From: Antedon mediterranea
Taxonomy: Eukaryota > Animalia > Echinodermata
NCBI RefSeq assembly: GCF_964355755.1
Contig: NC_092672.1
Span: 9,176,001 to 9,240,000 of the forward strand
Direction: 5' to 3'
Length of the DNA stretch: 64,000 nucleotides
Shown here piece by piece: positions 37,901 through 52,900 of this stretch. The notes under the pieces are model-generated. The model was not told where the DNA came from and made no database searches. It was given only the letters and a program-made list of their open reading frames with translations. Positions within the stretch are counted from its first letter, which is position 1, and each line of letters opens with the position of its first letter. Made by a program: the position numbers and the translations under genes.

Positions 37901-40900
37901 ATGAACCAAAACAGTTATAACATTAAAATTATGGTTAAAAAGTGTATTTCACCATCAAAACTTCAGTTAGCTGAAATTAATATATAAAATAATATAGATA
38001 ATAAAATAAATCAACTTAAAAGAAAGCAAAAAATAAAATGCAAAAACGAAAATACTTTTCTTTATTAATTTTCCATGCAAAATTACCAAATTAATTTAGG
38101 GTAATTTTTGAATGAGAATGCTGTTATAAATAACATGTTTTTCATGGTAAAATTGTATAGATTAGCTGTTGTAAGTTATACAAACTTTGCCTTGTTATTT
38201 CTTGTTGTAGAGGTAATTCATTTATTTGTAAATATACTCTCAATCCAATTGTATTGTTAATTTATTTTTTATCAGATTTCAATTATTTAAAAAAAGACTT
38301 TACATAATTCTAAAATGTTTATATATTCAGCCTCTGACTGCCGTTTGGTATTTGTATTTTTATACCAAATAAAATAATATATTTTGGAAGTTGGATGCAC
38401 AGTGAAAAGTAGACAATTTGCACTTTTATAGTTTTAATAATATTAATATTTAATATTTCAGATGATTTGATGGTAAATATTACACTTCTCCATAATGAAT
38501 GTATGCAATACCGTTTGCCTCATTCTATGAAAACATTTTAATTTTTATCCTTACCCAGGGGAGAGTAGGCGGGAGAAGAAGGGGAGGTGGACACCAGAAG
38601 GTCCCGTAGATCATGATGGCTAAAAGATTTTCCTGATTGGGGAAGAAATATTTATAGTATAATAATATGAGTTATGGAAATTAAGTGATAAAACATGTCC
38701 AGGATAAAACATTCCTGTTTAATTCCATTATATCGACACTACTGTACTTACGTATATTATTGTATTAATTCAATTATTTTGTTACTATTGTAACAGAAAT
38801 GTGGAAGAAAAACTAAACATTTGTATAAAAATTAATGTAATAATGTTTAGTTCTTGTATTTCACATTAATAAAAAAAATATACATAGTTCTCAGCTGGAT
38901 TCTGGGAAATAGCAGACTGTAGGGGCATGATGGGAAGTGTTATGTTTGAGGCATTGTGGGATCTCAGGTTGAGCATTAACAAAGTAAATAAAGATTTGAA
39001 ACTTAACAAATTAAATTGCACAACAGAAAATATTGAAAGAAATAAAATTAAAGGAAAAGAATGAGCAAAAGGTAATTAATCACTCTAACAGAAAATAAAA
39101 CATTAGTTTTAATGAAATTGAGAAAAAGAGCAAAAGTCATTATTTTCCCAAACATACTGATAATAATACTCATTTTGTTAGAAAATGATAAAAACTATGT
39201 TTTACATTTGTTCATGTTATTTCTTCGTCTTTTTTTCAATTTCACTGTATAACGCAAAGTACCAAATAAAAAAAAATATATTGTATTTTATTAAGTGTGA
39301 ATTAAGTAAAATATCTGTTTAATAGTGGCTGCATCTACTTCTAGGCATAATAACAGTGCCCAATTCTGTATAGACCATGGTCATTTTTAATACCATTTTT
39401 TGTAATCATCACTTCAAATCCGTGTAAGAGTGAATATGTGCACAATAGTGGGATAGCCAGAAAGAGAAAGAATTTCTCATATGTCACAGAAGATATAGCC
39501 ACACAGTTGCAACAAAAAATATCAATTATAGCTTTTATAACACACCTGAGTGTATCCTTAATATCCGATTGGCTAATTTTTAACATATATGACATACAAT
39601 AGTTCTATTAAAACATTTTTATTGAATGGGTCTATTTTAGTGGTTCTATTGTTCATTCAGTTTTTTGCTAAATTTTGTGCAATGCAAGGCTGGAAACTGT
39701 TAAAAAACCAATCTATAGCATGCTCTATCTATACTGTACTCCACAGTCAAAATCCTTTTGAGTTGTAGGCCTATAGCTTCCAGCCAGGCTTTTGACATTA
39801 TTTCAAGATGAAAGGACCAGATTAATAGAATAAAACTGTACTTTAGAACTGTAGGTGTGTTATAAAACAAATAATGAATGTTTCAATATTTGTTGAATAG
39901 GGAAAATATTGTTATTTGTTAAATAGTATATAAACAGTCAATTAAAATTTTCTCTCCACTCAACTTATAAACATTCATTATTTGTATATATAAGGAACCA
40001 TTCCATATTATGTGACCAATAAATATTTTTTCACATTATTTATGACTACTTCAATGTTAAATGATCTGTTTAAAATAATAATATAAAAAAGAGTGTAAAC
40101 AAACCTGGACTCAACGCCTCTGAAGATCTCTTGAGAGATAACTCATACACTCCACTGACTCGATTACTAAAAGAAAAAAAAGTATTATATATTTTAAGTA
40201 GATAGCACAGTTTCATACTAATTCTTTTCATTGCACCCTTTCCTTCAGTTGCTTGACATGATAAGCTAATTCTGGCAGGTCACCACAAAGTCTAGTATTT
40301 TCCACTAGGTAAATTTGTTCGTGAAAATCGAAAGCGCCATATTATTAAGCATGCGTATTCATGGTTGCTATCTTCCAAATCTGCAATGTATTCTAGTTCC
40401 TGAGTTTTTTGCTTCAGCAAAATTGATAGAATAAATTTTTCCTACTTTTTGTGAAGAAAAACCAACCAATCAGATCTCAGGAAATGAGCTATGATGCATT
40501 CATGAGCCCTTATGTGAATTGAAAATCATGACTATTCGATCTTCTAGAGTGGAAAGGGTAACGACATTTTTTCTCTGCAAAACATTTTGCAAAAAGAATT
40601 CTTCTAGTGGAAAACAGGCTAAAGCCAACATAACAGATATAGTTATAGATACATACCAATCTGAGGATTTGTAATAGCCACCTCCAAAAAAGTTTCGGAA
40701 GGATCGTGTACTGGTAATCTTGGCGTCACGCTCATGCATCTGAAGGCAGAGGTCTTTGGTAAAGCAAGCTGATTGGCCACAGTTCTCCAACTGTAAAACA
40801 ACACAATTTTAATTTATACATTTTAATTTAACAAATTATACAAATATTCTGTGGCCTATGCCTTGTGGGTATTGCATAACATTTAAATAGAGTTTGCAAT

Positions 40901-43900
40901 GTACTACTATGTGAAACCTATTAATCATCAACCAGAAAAAAAAACAACATTCTTGTAGCAGCTCTAGGCAATTAGGGCAAATTATTTAGTGATAGAAAAG
41001 TCAGCATTGCTGCTGTGCATGAATAGCAGAAACTAGGTCAGCTTTCAGGAAATGTCACTAGGGTCTAGACAAGTAGGCCTATGTATAGAAGAAATACTTA
41101 TGTAAAATCAATCAAGATATATATCAAGTGACAAAGGTTATAAGTTAATATATTAAACAGGAATAGCATTTACTTTATTAAGGAAACTAGTGGGTCATGC
41201 ACTCTTTGCTCTGATTAGGAACACAGCAAGTAGTCTCATCTTAAAATACCAGTTGCTAACAAAGGAGCAAGATGATAGGGAATATATCATGTGCTGCTGG
41301 GTTTAACTGTAATAACACCATGTCGAATGTTGTTTTGCATACGAAGAATAAAACTAACTCACGACGGATCACACATAAAGCACAGAGGCTGTAAGTTACT
41401 TATTTTACATTTAAACCTTATTTAGCTGATTACTAATGCTAGTATTGTTATTAAACTTCTGCTTTCACACTTTACTGTATTGTCGAGTAACAACTGTAAT
41501 ACTAAAAGGTGAAGTGTTATTCTAAACATATAATAAAAAAAAGTTATTATTATTTATTTAAAGGATATTTGTTTATTAAATTAAAATATTATGTATTTTA
41601 TTGGCTGTGTTATTAATAATTTCATCAAATTGGTTTTGTAATGACACTTGTAGGCCTATAATAAGTATATATGAATTATTTATAGCATAAATGCCTGTAA
41701 AGTTTGATTATGCTGAGCAGATGTTTATATGAAATTCCTACCCAAGGCCATTATGAAATCAATCTGCTCTGAGCACCTATTTTTTTATAACCTTTGACCT
41801 GGAATAGAAGGAGGCATTACTGCTCTTATGTTATTAATTGTAAGGCACTCTCTCTATGATGTACATTGTTTACAGGAAGTAATGTAGTGAGAGATGTTCT
41901 AGTACAGTAAGCGGGACAGTAAGGTAAGTTGAAAGATGGAAAGTGTATAAAACGATTATAATTCAATGAATTGTTAAAATTAGATGTACACAGTATTAAC
42001 TAAGTTTAGGAATATAAATATTCCTTTTTATTTGTAAATTCATATTGAAATATAGATTTAGTACTGTTAAATGGTTAAATTTTTTGGCCAATCCAGCAGG
42101 CAAATTTTAGATAGATACATTCATAGGCTCAGACCTAAAACAATCTTTTCTTCAATATAAGTAAATATTTCCTAGGCTGACTGGTGTCAAAATTTAATTT
42201 ATAGTTTTTTTAATTTTTTGAAATATAAAACTAATACGTTTGCTTGTTTGTTTCATTCACGTGTATGAAATGCTGTTTTAAGAATGTATGTATTTTGCAT
42301 GAATTGAGTGATATTATTCTTATTTTTCCCATATACCTACTCTGTTCCAGGGGTTTTAATTTATAACTTCAAAGGAACATTGTATATCGCAACAATAGGT
42401 GGACGAAATAATGTGGTCCCATGGCACCAACAATTCAATTCAAAGCAGCCTTATCTGCTCAAAATTATTATTAATATATTTCTAAATTATTTAATAAATT
42501 TGTTTTGTTTAACTTTATACAGTATTTATTGTTGAAATCAGTTTATATAACGTTTGAGAGATGTCATATAAGAATATCACTAATTTCTATTATTACAACT
42601 ATAGATATAATTTGTATTGGTCATTTTTATAAATAATCAAGAATCAAGAAGAACATTTATTTGATTTAATACAAATAACAAAGAAAGAATAATTGAAACA
42701 ACAAACACGCATTTAATTATATAACTTATTATTATTATTATTATATTTACAGGAATATCAAGATGTATATTGTATTTATTCTATTACTCTCTGTCAAACA
42801 AGCAACTGGAAGCTGCAACCATGAAGGAAAGAACTGTGAATGGAACATGTTCGCACATCGATGTAGATGCCAAAACTTGGGTCTGACATGTGTTCCTCGG
42901 AACATTTTAGAATGTCCAAACATAATTTCCCTTCAACTCGAAAATAACAACATAACTGAGATAAATGTTACAGATTTGATGCCATATAAAGTAAAGTTAA
43001 CAAGCCTGAAATTATCAAATAACCAGATATCATCAATTGCTTTGGGATCATTTGAAGGTATGGCACATCTGGAAGAACTTTTCCTTGCTAGAAATCAACT
43101 GATATCTCTTCAAGATGGCATCTTTAGTGGATTAACGAGTCTGAAAAAACTATTTTTAAGTAGCAATAACATTAAGTCAATAGAAGATACTGTATTTAAT
43201 AATCTTGAAGAACTGCAGACTCTTGATCTGTCTGGAAACAAGCTGTCAACATTATCCAGCAATGTCTTCAGTGAGTTAGTAAAGTTAAGGGAACTGTATC
43301 TGTCCAGTAACTGCTTAATTCAAGTTCCAGCTTTTCTGGATACCATGCCTATATTGACAGAACTTGATTTGAGTAAAAATATGATATCTCTGTTTCCAAG
43401 GAATACTCTTTCTAAACTGACAAAGCTTAAAATCTTGGAACTTAGTTCAAATAATATAAGTTTCATTGAAAGGAATGCTTTGTATAATATGTCGTTCCTC
43501 GAAGAGCTTTACCTGGATAACAACACTATTACCAGTCTGCAACCAAATATACTGTGGGGCAATCAAGAAGAGATGTCTGATCTTCAGGCATTAACTATTT
43601 TTGATATTCATAACAATAATATAACAGAAATACTTAAAGATTTCATGAGGCATCTGCCTGCTATAGAAACTTTAAATCTGTCAGGAAATCAGATACAATC
43701 TATTGAACCTGCGTCATTTAGCGCCATGAATAATTTGAGATCTTTACTGTTACGGCAAAATCAACTGAATTATTTTGATAGCGATTTGTTTAAAGATGAA
43801 ACAGCTATGGATATAAAGGAGTGTAAAAAGGAGCAAAAAACATTCAATTACTTGCAAGATATTAATCTCTCAGAAAACAAAATGGTGTCTGCACCATCTG

Positions 43901-46900
43901 CAAACTTCTTTACCATGATGCCCTCGTTGAAATATTTTGAACTTACAGAAAATCAGTTAAAGTGCGATTGTGATATTCTCCAAATTGTCTATTGGTTTAA
44001 TAGTAGTAAACATGACATTTCTTCTAAACACTTCTTGGGAAAATGTGCCATGCCATCAAACTTACAAGGGACATCAATTGTTAATGTGAACTCCAAAGAC
44101 ATAGCTGATGGTCCATGTGAAAATGCATTGATAGAAAATAGAAATACTTCATTGATGGTAAACGCCGGAGAGAAAGTTATCATAAATTGTAACACAAGTG
44201 GCAATCCTTCGCCAAGTATCTGTTGGAATGTTCCACAATCTCTGACACACTCTGATTTAAACATCAGCATGGAAAGAATAGTCATTCCGGAAGTATCAAA
44301 TAAGTATGAAGGAAGTTACACATGCAATGTAGAAAATGTTTTCAATAATGACAGTGTTACATATAGAGTTCTGATAAATAAAAATAGACTGGTAACCACG
44401 TTGCCGATAAAGAAAACTTCAACTGAAAAGCAGGACTATTCAGGACGAACGACAACTGAATCTTCTTATGTCACAAAGCAGAGCAAGCTGCAGACGTTTA
44501 CAATTATTGCCAGTATTTTTCTGTGTTTTACCGTGGTTTTTATAATTTATATGGTGCGTTGCCATGGAAGTCAGATGGAGTTGTGCCAAAGACATGGTTC
44601 CGAGTCGGATTTAAGAAGCAATAGAATAGCAAGAGATAGAAGACGGGTTTACAAAACATTAGTTGAGGAAAGAGAGAACATTGAAATCAGAAATCTTGAA
44701 CATTTTACTTAGCAATATTTGTTAATTAATTAATACTAAATTAAATATTTTATTTTTAAATTCTGGACAAGATTTAAAAAATATTTTTGCAGAATAAATT
44801 AATAATATATATTTTTTTTAAATCTAATAAAATAATATTTTACTAGAACTTATATTTTTCAATTCTGGACATCAAGACTGTTTTTGGTTTTTGTAAAATG
44901 TAAATAATTATAATATTTTTATGATGTTGTGCAACATAAAAAATTGAATTTATTCTACCTACCTTTTTTAGACATATATAGTTTTGTAAATATGTCAACT
45001 TAAAATAAAATATTGTATGTTTATTCTTAAAACCAGAAAAAGTCAGTATCTGAATGTTTTATCTGAAATACTTTTAGTCCGTCTATAGATTAACTAAAAA
45101 ATAAATTACTATATTAAACATTGTTTAGCACTGTTGTAGTAGATTTTAATGTAATATTGACAAAACCGTTATTTCTAAAATATTTGCCATCATTTCTAAA
45201 TTCAATATATCAACGTTAAAAATTACGTCATTATCAGGAATTACAAATACGTCCAGTAGAACCTCTATTAATGGGACATGACCCAATGCTTCCTCTGGTC
45301 CTTAGTTTAAAAGTTAATTAACCCTCATTCATTTCACAGGAAAGTGTCCCCTTAATAGGGGTGTCTCAAATGAGAGGTTCTACTGTATGTCCATCCTAAA
45401 AAATAAAGTCTACTAAAAATAAATGTGTTATTCAAAATCAGTGATTTCCTAACTTCTTAGAGAACAAACATACATGGACAGAGAGAAAGTTGATAAAAGC
45501 TATTGATTTTCTTACAATCAATGTACTATTATTATTGTAATCCAACTATGCACGTCCTATACAGTAGCAGTAGTTTTCATGGGCTTTGAATTAAATTAAT
45601 TCTTGATGTCTTGATGTCAAGCTAAGAGAGTTTTAAGTTAATGTATACTTACCTCCATGTAGGCAGATAATGTGAGATAAACATGCTCTCTGTAGGGAGT
45701 GACACGATTCAATAAAATTGAATTATGTAGTGAACTGTCCCATGCTGCTTCAAATCGGAAGAAAATTCTAAATGGGAATGACAACAAATATATATTCAAT
45801 TTGTTAAAATGTATAAAATAAGTTAATATTCACTTGGTTCTTTTTTGAGAATTAAAAAAACAGTTCATTTAATTTAGAATCGTTGAATATGACATTTTTG
45901 TTAATGATTGTTGGAAGGGGTGCCGGAAGACCTAAACAGAACAACCACCATCTATATTTGGCTTATCAATATTCAAAATGCAGAAGCAGGCAGTATTATG
46001 GCACGTCTGAATAAGATTAAAGGTTGTCCAATTGCTAGGCCTACCTGTCATCATTTGGATATTGAACATAGCCAGCTGGAAGGAGGTTGAGAGACAGAAC
46101 AGATAGTTCATAATCCGGTTCATTCACTTCAAGTTTTGTGCGAATGCGACCTAGAAAACAAAAGGCATTTGTAAGTAAAACCAAGAATCTATATTTACAT
46201 TGCTCTCTTCTTAGAGTTAAATAGAGTGATTCAATTAACTTGTTCAGTGTTTAAACGTGATATACCTCTGAAACATAAACCAGAGTTATATCAGTTACAT
46301 CAGAGTTATTTTCATGTACATCAATCAAGTAAGTCAATCCTTTGATCTGAGACATTTTGTATTTTGTCAGTTTGACTTTGAATTTAATATGGACAACAAA
46401 AGCATGATACACCTACCGACAACCAGTTCTTTGATTCCTATCCACTCCAGTTGTTTAGCAGGTTCATGGACAATTGTAATAGCGAGTCTTCTCTGGATTC
46501 CTTGATGTAACATAAAGCATCCACTTCCTGGTGGTGACTTATTAGGATGATCTACCACACATGGAATATACCTTGGAGAAACAATACAATTATTTGTTAT
46601 AATGTGTATGTTAATCGAAAAGGGTTTGCTATAGTATACTGTAACAACAATTATTAATAATAGAATCTTTATAAAGGAACAAAGTCATGTTTCCCCTTAA
46701 AATAGAAGTGTTCCCTGAATTTGTTTCTTCCATAGTGTTACAACATTTTTCCTTTTTCGTTTAATCAGAAAACGTTCCTTTAATGGTCATTTCCCTTGAA
46801 AAGTGGTATCCTAAACTGTATGTTAAATTTAAATGCCATTTAAAAGAGTGTGTCCAATTTTCTTCCAAATTTTAATATGTTTTTGCTCAGACAATTATCT

Positions 46901-49900
46901 TTCGAAATTGTTATCTTCATATTTGATTTGGATGATGTCATCATACCAAAAAAATAGTATATGTAAGTCCCGTAATTTCACCTATGCTACAGTAGCGTAT
47001 ATAGTATAACTGTATATTATTCACACATAGTAAACACACAATTTAGCACAATTATGCATCAGGTCATAGGATAGCATATCAAATTGACATTACACCACAT
47101 TCTCTTAACTTGAGAGATTTGTTCTCATGACTTGAATAAGAAAGTAAAATAATTTGTGCAACACATAGGTTTTAATCATTGTTCTGTTAATTGTTAACCC
47201 TCGGAACTCATCCTGTTTAACCACAAAAATTGTTAAAAATTAGTAACAGTAAGGGAAGCCTATGAAGGATCTGTAAGGGGTGTCTTTATAGTAACCAAAC
47301 AGGACTTTGTAGATTTAAATACTGTAATCCATGGTACAAGCTCTAATGGAAACCAGTCCCAAATGATTACTAGCCTGGACAGTGATGTAGCCACAAGAAA
47401 TAAAGTGGTCCGGTTTTTGCAAGAAAAGGGAACAATCTTTGTTCAAGCCACTAAGTTGTCAAAGGCCTACAGTATGTGAAAAAGTGGTCAGATTGAAACC
47501 TTACCAACCGTACTAGTGGCTATGGCCCTGTTGGACAAATAAATTAATTGAATGAATAAACAAGACTTACTCTCCAGAAGGTGCTAATTCACAGATTTCA
47601 ATCCACAATAGTATGTCATGTTTGGAATGGAGATGACTTGTACTGCAAGGTAGGGAGACACATGGGCCTAGCTGCTTTGGAGAAGGTACTGGTCGAGCAA
47701 GTGGCAGAGATGAAGGGAAGCTCCGTTTGGCTGGTCTTAGTCTACAAAATGAAATGAACTTTTTATTTATATAAAAGATGTGGAAGTAAATAATTCGAAT
47801 AAACGAAGAGAAAATTATATAAAAAACATTATTCTGTATAAATAAAAACTTTCAAATATCCCTTTTAGTTTACAGTATTGTTTTATACAATTTATTACTG
47901 ATAAGTATGTCTAATATAATGTTCAATAGGCGGTTAAATTAAAATGTGACCTGCTACAATATCAACATCTAGCTAATACAAGAACCAAATTTTATGGTTC
48001 TTTCATTAACATAATATTAAAATATCAATATATCATTGGTCGTAATAAAAACAGGCTCATTATGTGGGCTTATATAATGAGTTGAAATAAAAATATATAA
48101 CTGCCATTACTTTCTACCATGCACAACAAAGTATAAGCTCGAATTAAATTTCATTAGTGCCCTCACAAGTTATGGTCTCTTCTACAACAAATTATGAGCA
48201 AATGTACCATTGTTTAAATCATGAAAATAATTTTGTAGTTTATTCATTTGGTATACTAGTTTAAATAAAAATAATATGTTAAAATAAAAGATATGTCTAT
48301 ATAAATGTGCTTTGTATTTATATGAAATGATATATTCAATAATGGCATGCACTAATGAATATTATTGTTATTATTATTATTCATTGTTATTATTATTTAT
48401 ATTCATTTACACATGTAAATGTAAGTAATAATCTTGATTAGTATACAAATAATGAATGTTTATGGGTTAGAAAATAGTCTCTCTTTTCAACAAATATAAA
48501 TCATTCATTCCAATGTTTGTATTATAACACACCTAGAGTAAAGTTCATAATCTATGGGTGGGTTTCCAGTTGTGCAATATTCACAAGCCTATCTTCAATA
48601 TGGAGAGAAAATAATGGCATTGGAACATGATACAACCAACCAAATGAAAAGGATACAGGTGTGTTATAATTTTTTGATTTAATTTAATGATACAAAGCAA
48701 TGAAGTTAAAAAATCCATATCCAAAGTTATTCAGGATAAAAAAAATTACTAAGCAAGTCTGTTCAGTGCTGTAGCCACGAGAAATTATGTGGCGCATTGA
48801 TTGAAAAAAAAAGTGATCAATCTCTGTGCAGGCCATAGGATTGTCAAAATAAAAGCCTTTTTGGAAAAAAGAGTCATGGTGGCAGCCCTGCTATTGTTTA
48901 GTCCCCCAACGAGATTCTCAATTACCCATAGGAGTGCCTTTTGAGAGATATTTATTAACTCTTGGGTTCAACATTTTGAATACCAAGCAAAAATGAACCA
49001 TTAATTAACCAACTACATATTCTGTTAATTAGTAGAACTTATATGCCATACTAAAAATACTCACGCTGGTCTTTAGTTGTTTAGGCCAACTATTTTTAAC
49101 AATAAATAAATGAATGAATAAATAAAACCAATATTACATATAAATTTATGTCTAAAAAAAGTATTAGTTTAAGTGAAAGCAAATTAAGTGACTACTATTG
49201 TACTGTATCGTTTGATCGTCAGAAAATAATGTAACTTAAATTTTACGGAAAACGAAAGGAAATTGGACCCACAGCTACCAGCATTACAGCACCTACCCAG
49301 ATCAGCACACCTGGAGATGATCACCCAGTCTCTTTAAATAGTGTATCAATTTCTGTAACATACACTGTATGTATACGACAGGACCAACAGCTTTCTGTTC
49401 CATAGGAATATAGAATCATGGCTAAAGGATACAATGAATAAAGCATGACACGCTGGAACCCAGATTAGTCTGATCTCTCCCCATTAAGCCATATCATTTA
49501 GGGTCTATACAGCACCCGATATAATACCCAGACGGTCTCCAATCAAAGTTCTACCTGAATGAGAACCCGAGTTTCAACATGGTACTTGCTGCAAGAAACT
49601 CTATAATTAATTTTGTGTAGGAACAATGAAAGACGTGTATATCGCAGATAGCTATTGTGCTTGAGATGTTTTATTTAATATCTTCTTTAGAATAGTAAGT
49701 ATATTAAATAGCAATATATATACTGGTATTAATTTATGAATCAGAATATTATTTATTGGAGTAGTGAATAGTTATATGAAATATAATAATAATATTTGTT
49801 TTCTATAGTATAATATTATTATCTTATTATTTGCTTTAATAATATTACTGTCCTCGTGATCGTATATTTAAGAAAACTACAGCACTACAATAGAAATTCA

Positions 49901-52900
49901 GAAATCTATTAAAAAAGTAATTAAAACAATATATATCATGCAAATCAATGAAACGTTAGTCATGTTATAAAACTGTTGCGATTTTAAATCTTACAACGAT
50001 CGGGACGATATTCTCGGTGGGAGTACAGGTATGGCTCGAATCGTGGCATTTCCGAGGCTGAAACATAAAGCATGTAAAAAATTCCACAACAGGTCTTTTT
50101 GTTAGGAATTTCAATAATTCTTTTCATTTAATTTTAGTAGGAATATTTGGGATGCTATGTCATGGCATCGAAAAAGTAGAAGTCAAAAGGATTTTAAAAA
50201 TACAAGTTTTCTACCAGTGCTGTTGGTCTCTATCTCTTATCCATCTTGATATAATTTATGATTTTGTAGTAAAGAGTAAACATTTCTTTTTCAAGCAAAT
50301 CAGTTAAAAATCTTCTTCGATAACAAATTAGTTGATATAATCAATGGAATATTGCACTATGGCACTATGACTTAAACATGAACGTAAATGACATACATTT
50401 ACAGTTTAATGTTTTATGCTTTTAAAAAACATTTAATTTAAAAAAGGAACCAGTACGATTACAAGTACAATATGATAAATTACATACCATAATGCAATAT
50501 AGAAAAACATGCAAAATTCAAATTGTAGAAAATGTTTTTTTTATATTATTCTTCTTGTTGTGCTTACCTTGTGAGCTCTTGACTTTGACTGTGAAGAGGA
50601 TGAGCTTGGTAGTGACCAAAGACCTCAAACATAATTGGTTGAGTACGAACATAATCAACAAATGCTTTTGTCACAGTCACTTGTATCTGAAAACATTAGA
50701 ATTTAATTATATATAATTAAACAAAAGCATCAACTATAAATATTTAATTGTTACATTTTAATTTCAATTCAATTCAACATTTATTTTGAAACATATGTAC
50801 ACTGACTAAACCACTAAAGCAACAAACTAAATTTGAGAAGATGTGTGGAATTGTTTCGGGTGGGATTAGAACCCACGACCTCCAGGCCACAAGCCTGGTG
50901 TTCATACATAGAATCATAGAGCTTGTGTTGATAGCTAGTTTTAGATTCCAGTCCAAGTAGGCAGCCGGCACTGCCCCAACAGGACATTCTACTGTATCAG
51001 CTCAACATTTTTAATTCAGTGGTCCATTATTTTCATCAAAATTGAACTATTTCATCTACAAATAAATTTTACGGATACATAATATTTTGATTTTCTTATT
51101 CCTGCTATCAAAAATATGCAACCAGGAATTTTAAATACAACAGTAATTATTTAAACTATTAAACTTTATTTCTCACAATAAAAGTTAATTAGCTATTTTC
51201 CATTTTTACAAATCAATATAAGTTTATATTTTTGACATGCATACATTGTTTTGAAGATTATAGCACATTACAAACAAAACTACAATGGTATACAATACAA
51301 GTTAACACAAAAACACTAAAAAAAAAACCAGAAACAGAAATTGTGGGTGTTAGTATAATAGTGATTTACCTTTATATATTGTGAACAAATATTACAGATA
51401 TTGGTATTTGAAAAAAGAAATCAAAATTTAACAAAAAATATAATTTATACCAAACATTATATCGAAGGTCAGGGTACTATATAATAACTTTCAGTAACAA
51501 GTAGAGCAAAAACTCTCCTTGAGATTGTTGATGGAGGAATCACATACATTTGTTTCTACTTATACAATACTGCTTTGAACTTTGACATGCATTTTATTTT
51601 TTATTTTGAAATAGTTACTATAAAAATCATTTAAATAATAAAATGATATAAATAAAATAAATAATTAAATAAAGTGATGGAAATGTGGGAAAGTTTAACA
51701 AAAACAACAATTAAAAGAAAATAAAACTATTGAAATGAAAATGCATGCTGACTTACATCCTGAACGAAGTAAAATCCCAGGGGCGGCCCAGAATTCCCAG
51801 TGTTGCGTACAGGTTCTGTAACGAATGCCTCATGCCCGTGTAAAAGACTGAAAAGAATCAAAAGAAACAGAGAGTGCCCAACAGTGAAAATAAAAATAAA
51901 ACCAAAAAGAAAGAAAACCCAGCAGACAGCAAGCCAAAAGAAACTATGAAAAAGGTTCTTAAAAGTTAGCAGAGAAGTTATAGTGCTTTATAGTGCAAAA
52001 AAGTTGAATGCAAAAAATTATCCATTTGGAATGTACATTCAATTTAGTGTTTATATTAATATTGATTGCTGAAATTTCAAATTATATTGTGAATAGGCAA
52101 CTTTTAAGAACCTTTTTTGACACCAAAATGGCTATGAAACTATGTGCTATAAAATGAATTGATTGCGCCGACATACTATGTGTGATAACTTACATATTGA
52201 TTGTGATAGAAAGCCAATATATGGCTACTACCAGTACGACGGTTTTTACAAGGGTCCGTAGAAAAACAACCATCTTTATGATGCAAAAAACTGTAGAAAA
52301 CATTTTAATTAGGCATTTAACAATTATTATAAAATGTAGTTTACTGCAGATGATCCCAAGAAGAAATGATGTTTTTTTAATTGTTTATGGTTTTAAAAAT
52401 GGATCTCTTGTTAGGCCCTTCAAAGAAAGAGACAATAGTATAAATTTAGACCAAGAAATACACAAACTGGAAGGAACTTATAGGTCTTGAACTTGGCTTC
52501 TCAAACAAGTCTTGTTGATATGCAGAATTGATGTAGGCCGAGAAATCTTTCAAAAAAGATGGATCATTTTACAAAATCATTATGTCAAATAAAAAAAGAA
52601 AACATATCACATTACAATAATCTTCTTAAAAAGAAGCCCGAGACTGTTATTAAAACGTTAAAAATGCTAAAGAAAGAATAAAAACTCACTTGAATTGGCA
52701 GAATATGTCAGCATATTCAGAAGAGATTCCCATTCCTTGAAGAACTGTGACACGGAAGCACATCTTACTCCCAATCTTCATGTGTTCAGGAGGTTCTACA
52801 AAGGTTTCATACAGGTCAGCGCCATTCTCTTTCAGATTCTCTGTATCGTCTTTACAATGTTCAAGAAGATCTAGAAAAGTAGAATTTTATTGGGAAGGTG

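Noticed and set aside
42763-44712. Toll-like receptor call for the LRR gene
   Set aside because: It has an Ig domain and a short tail with no TIR motifs.
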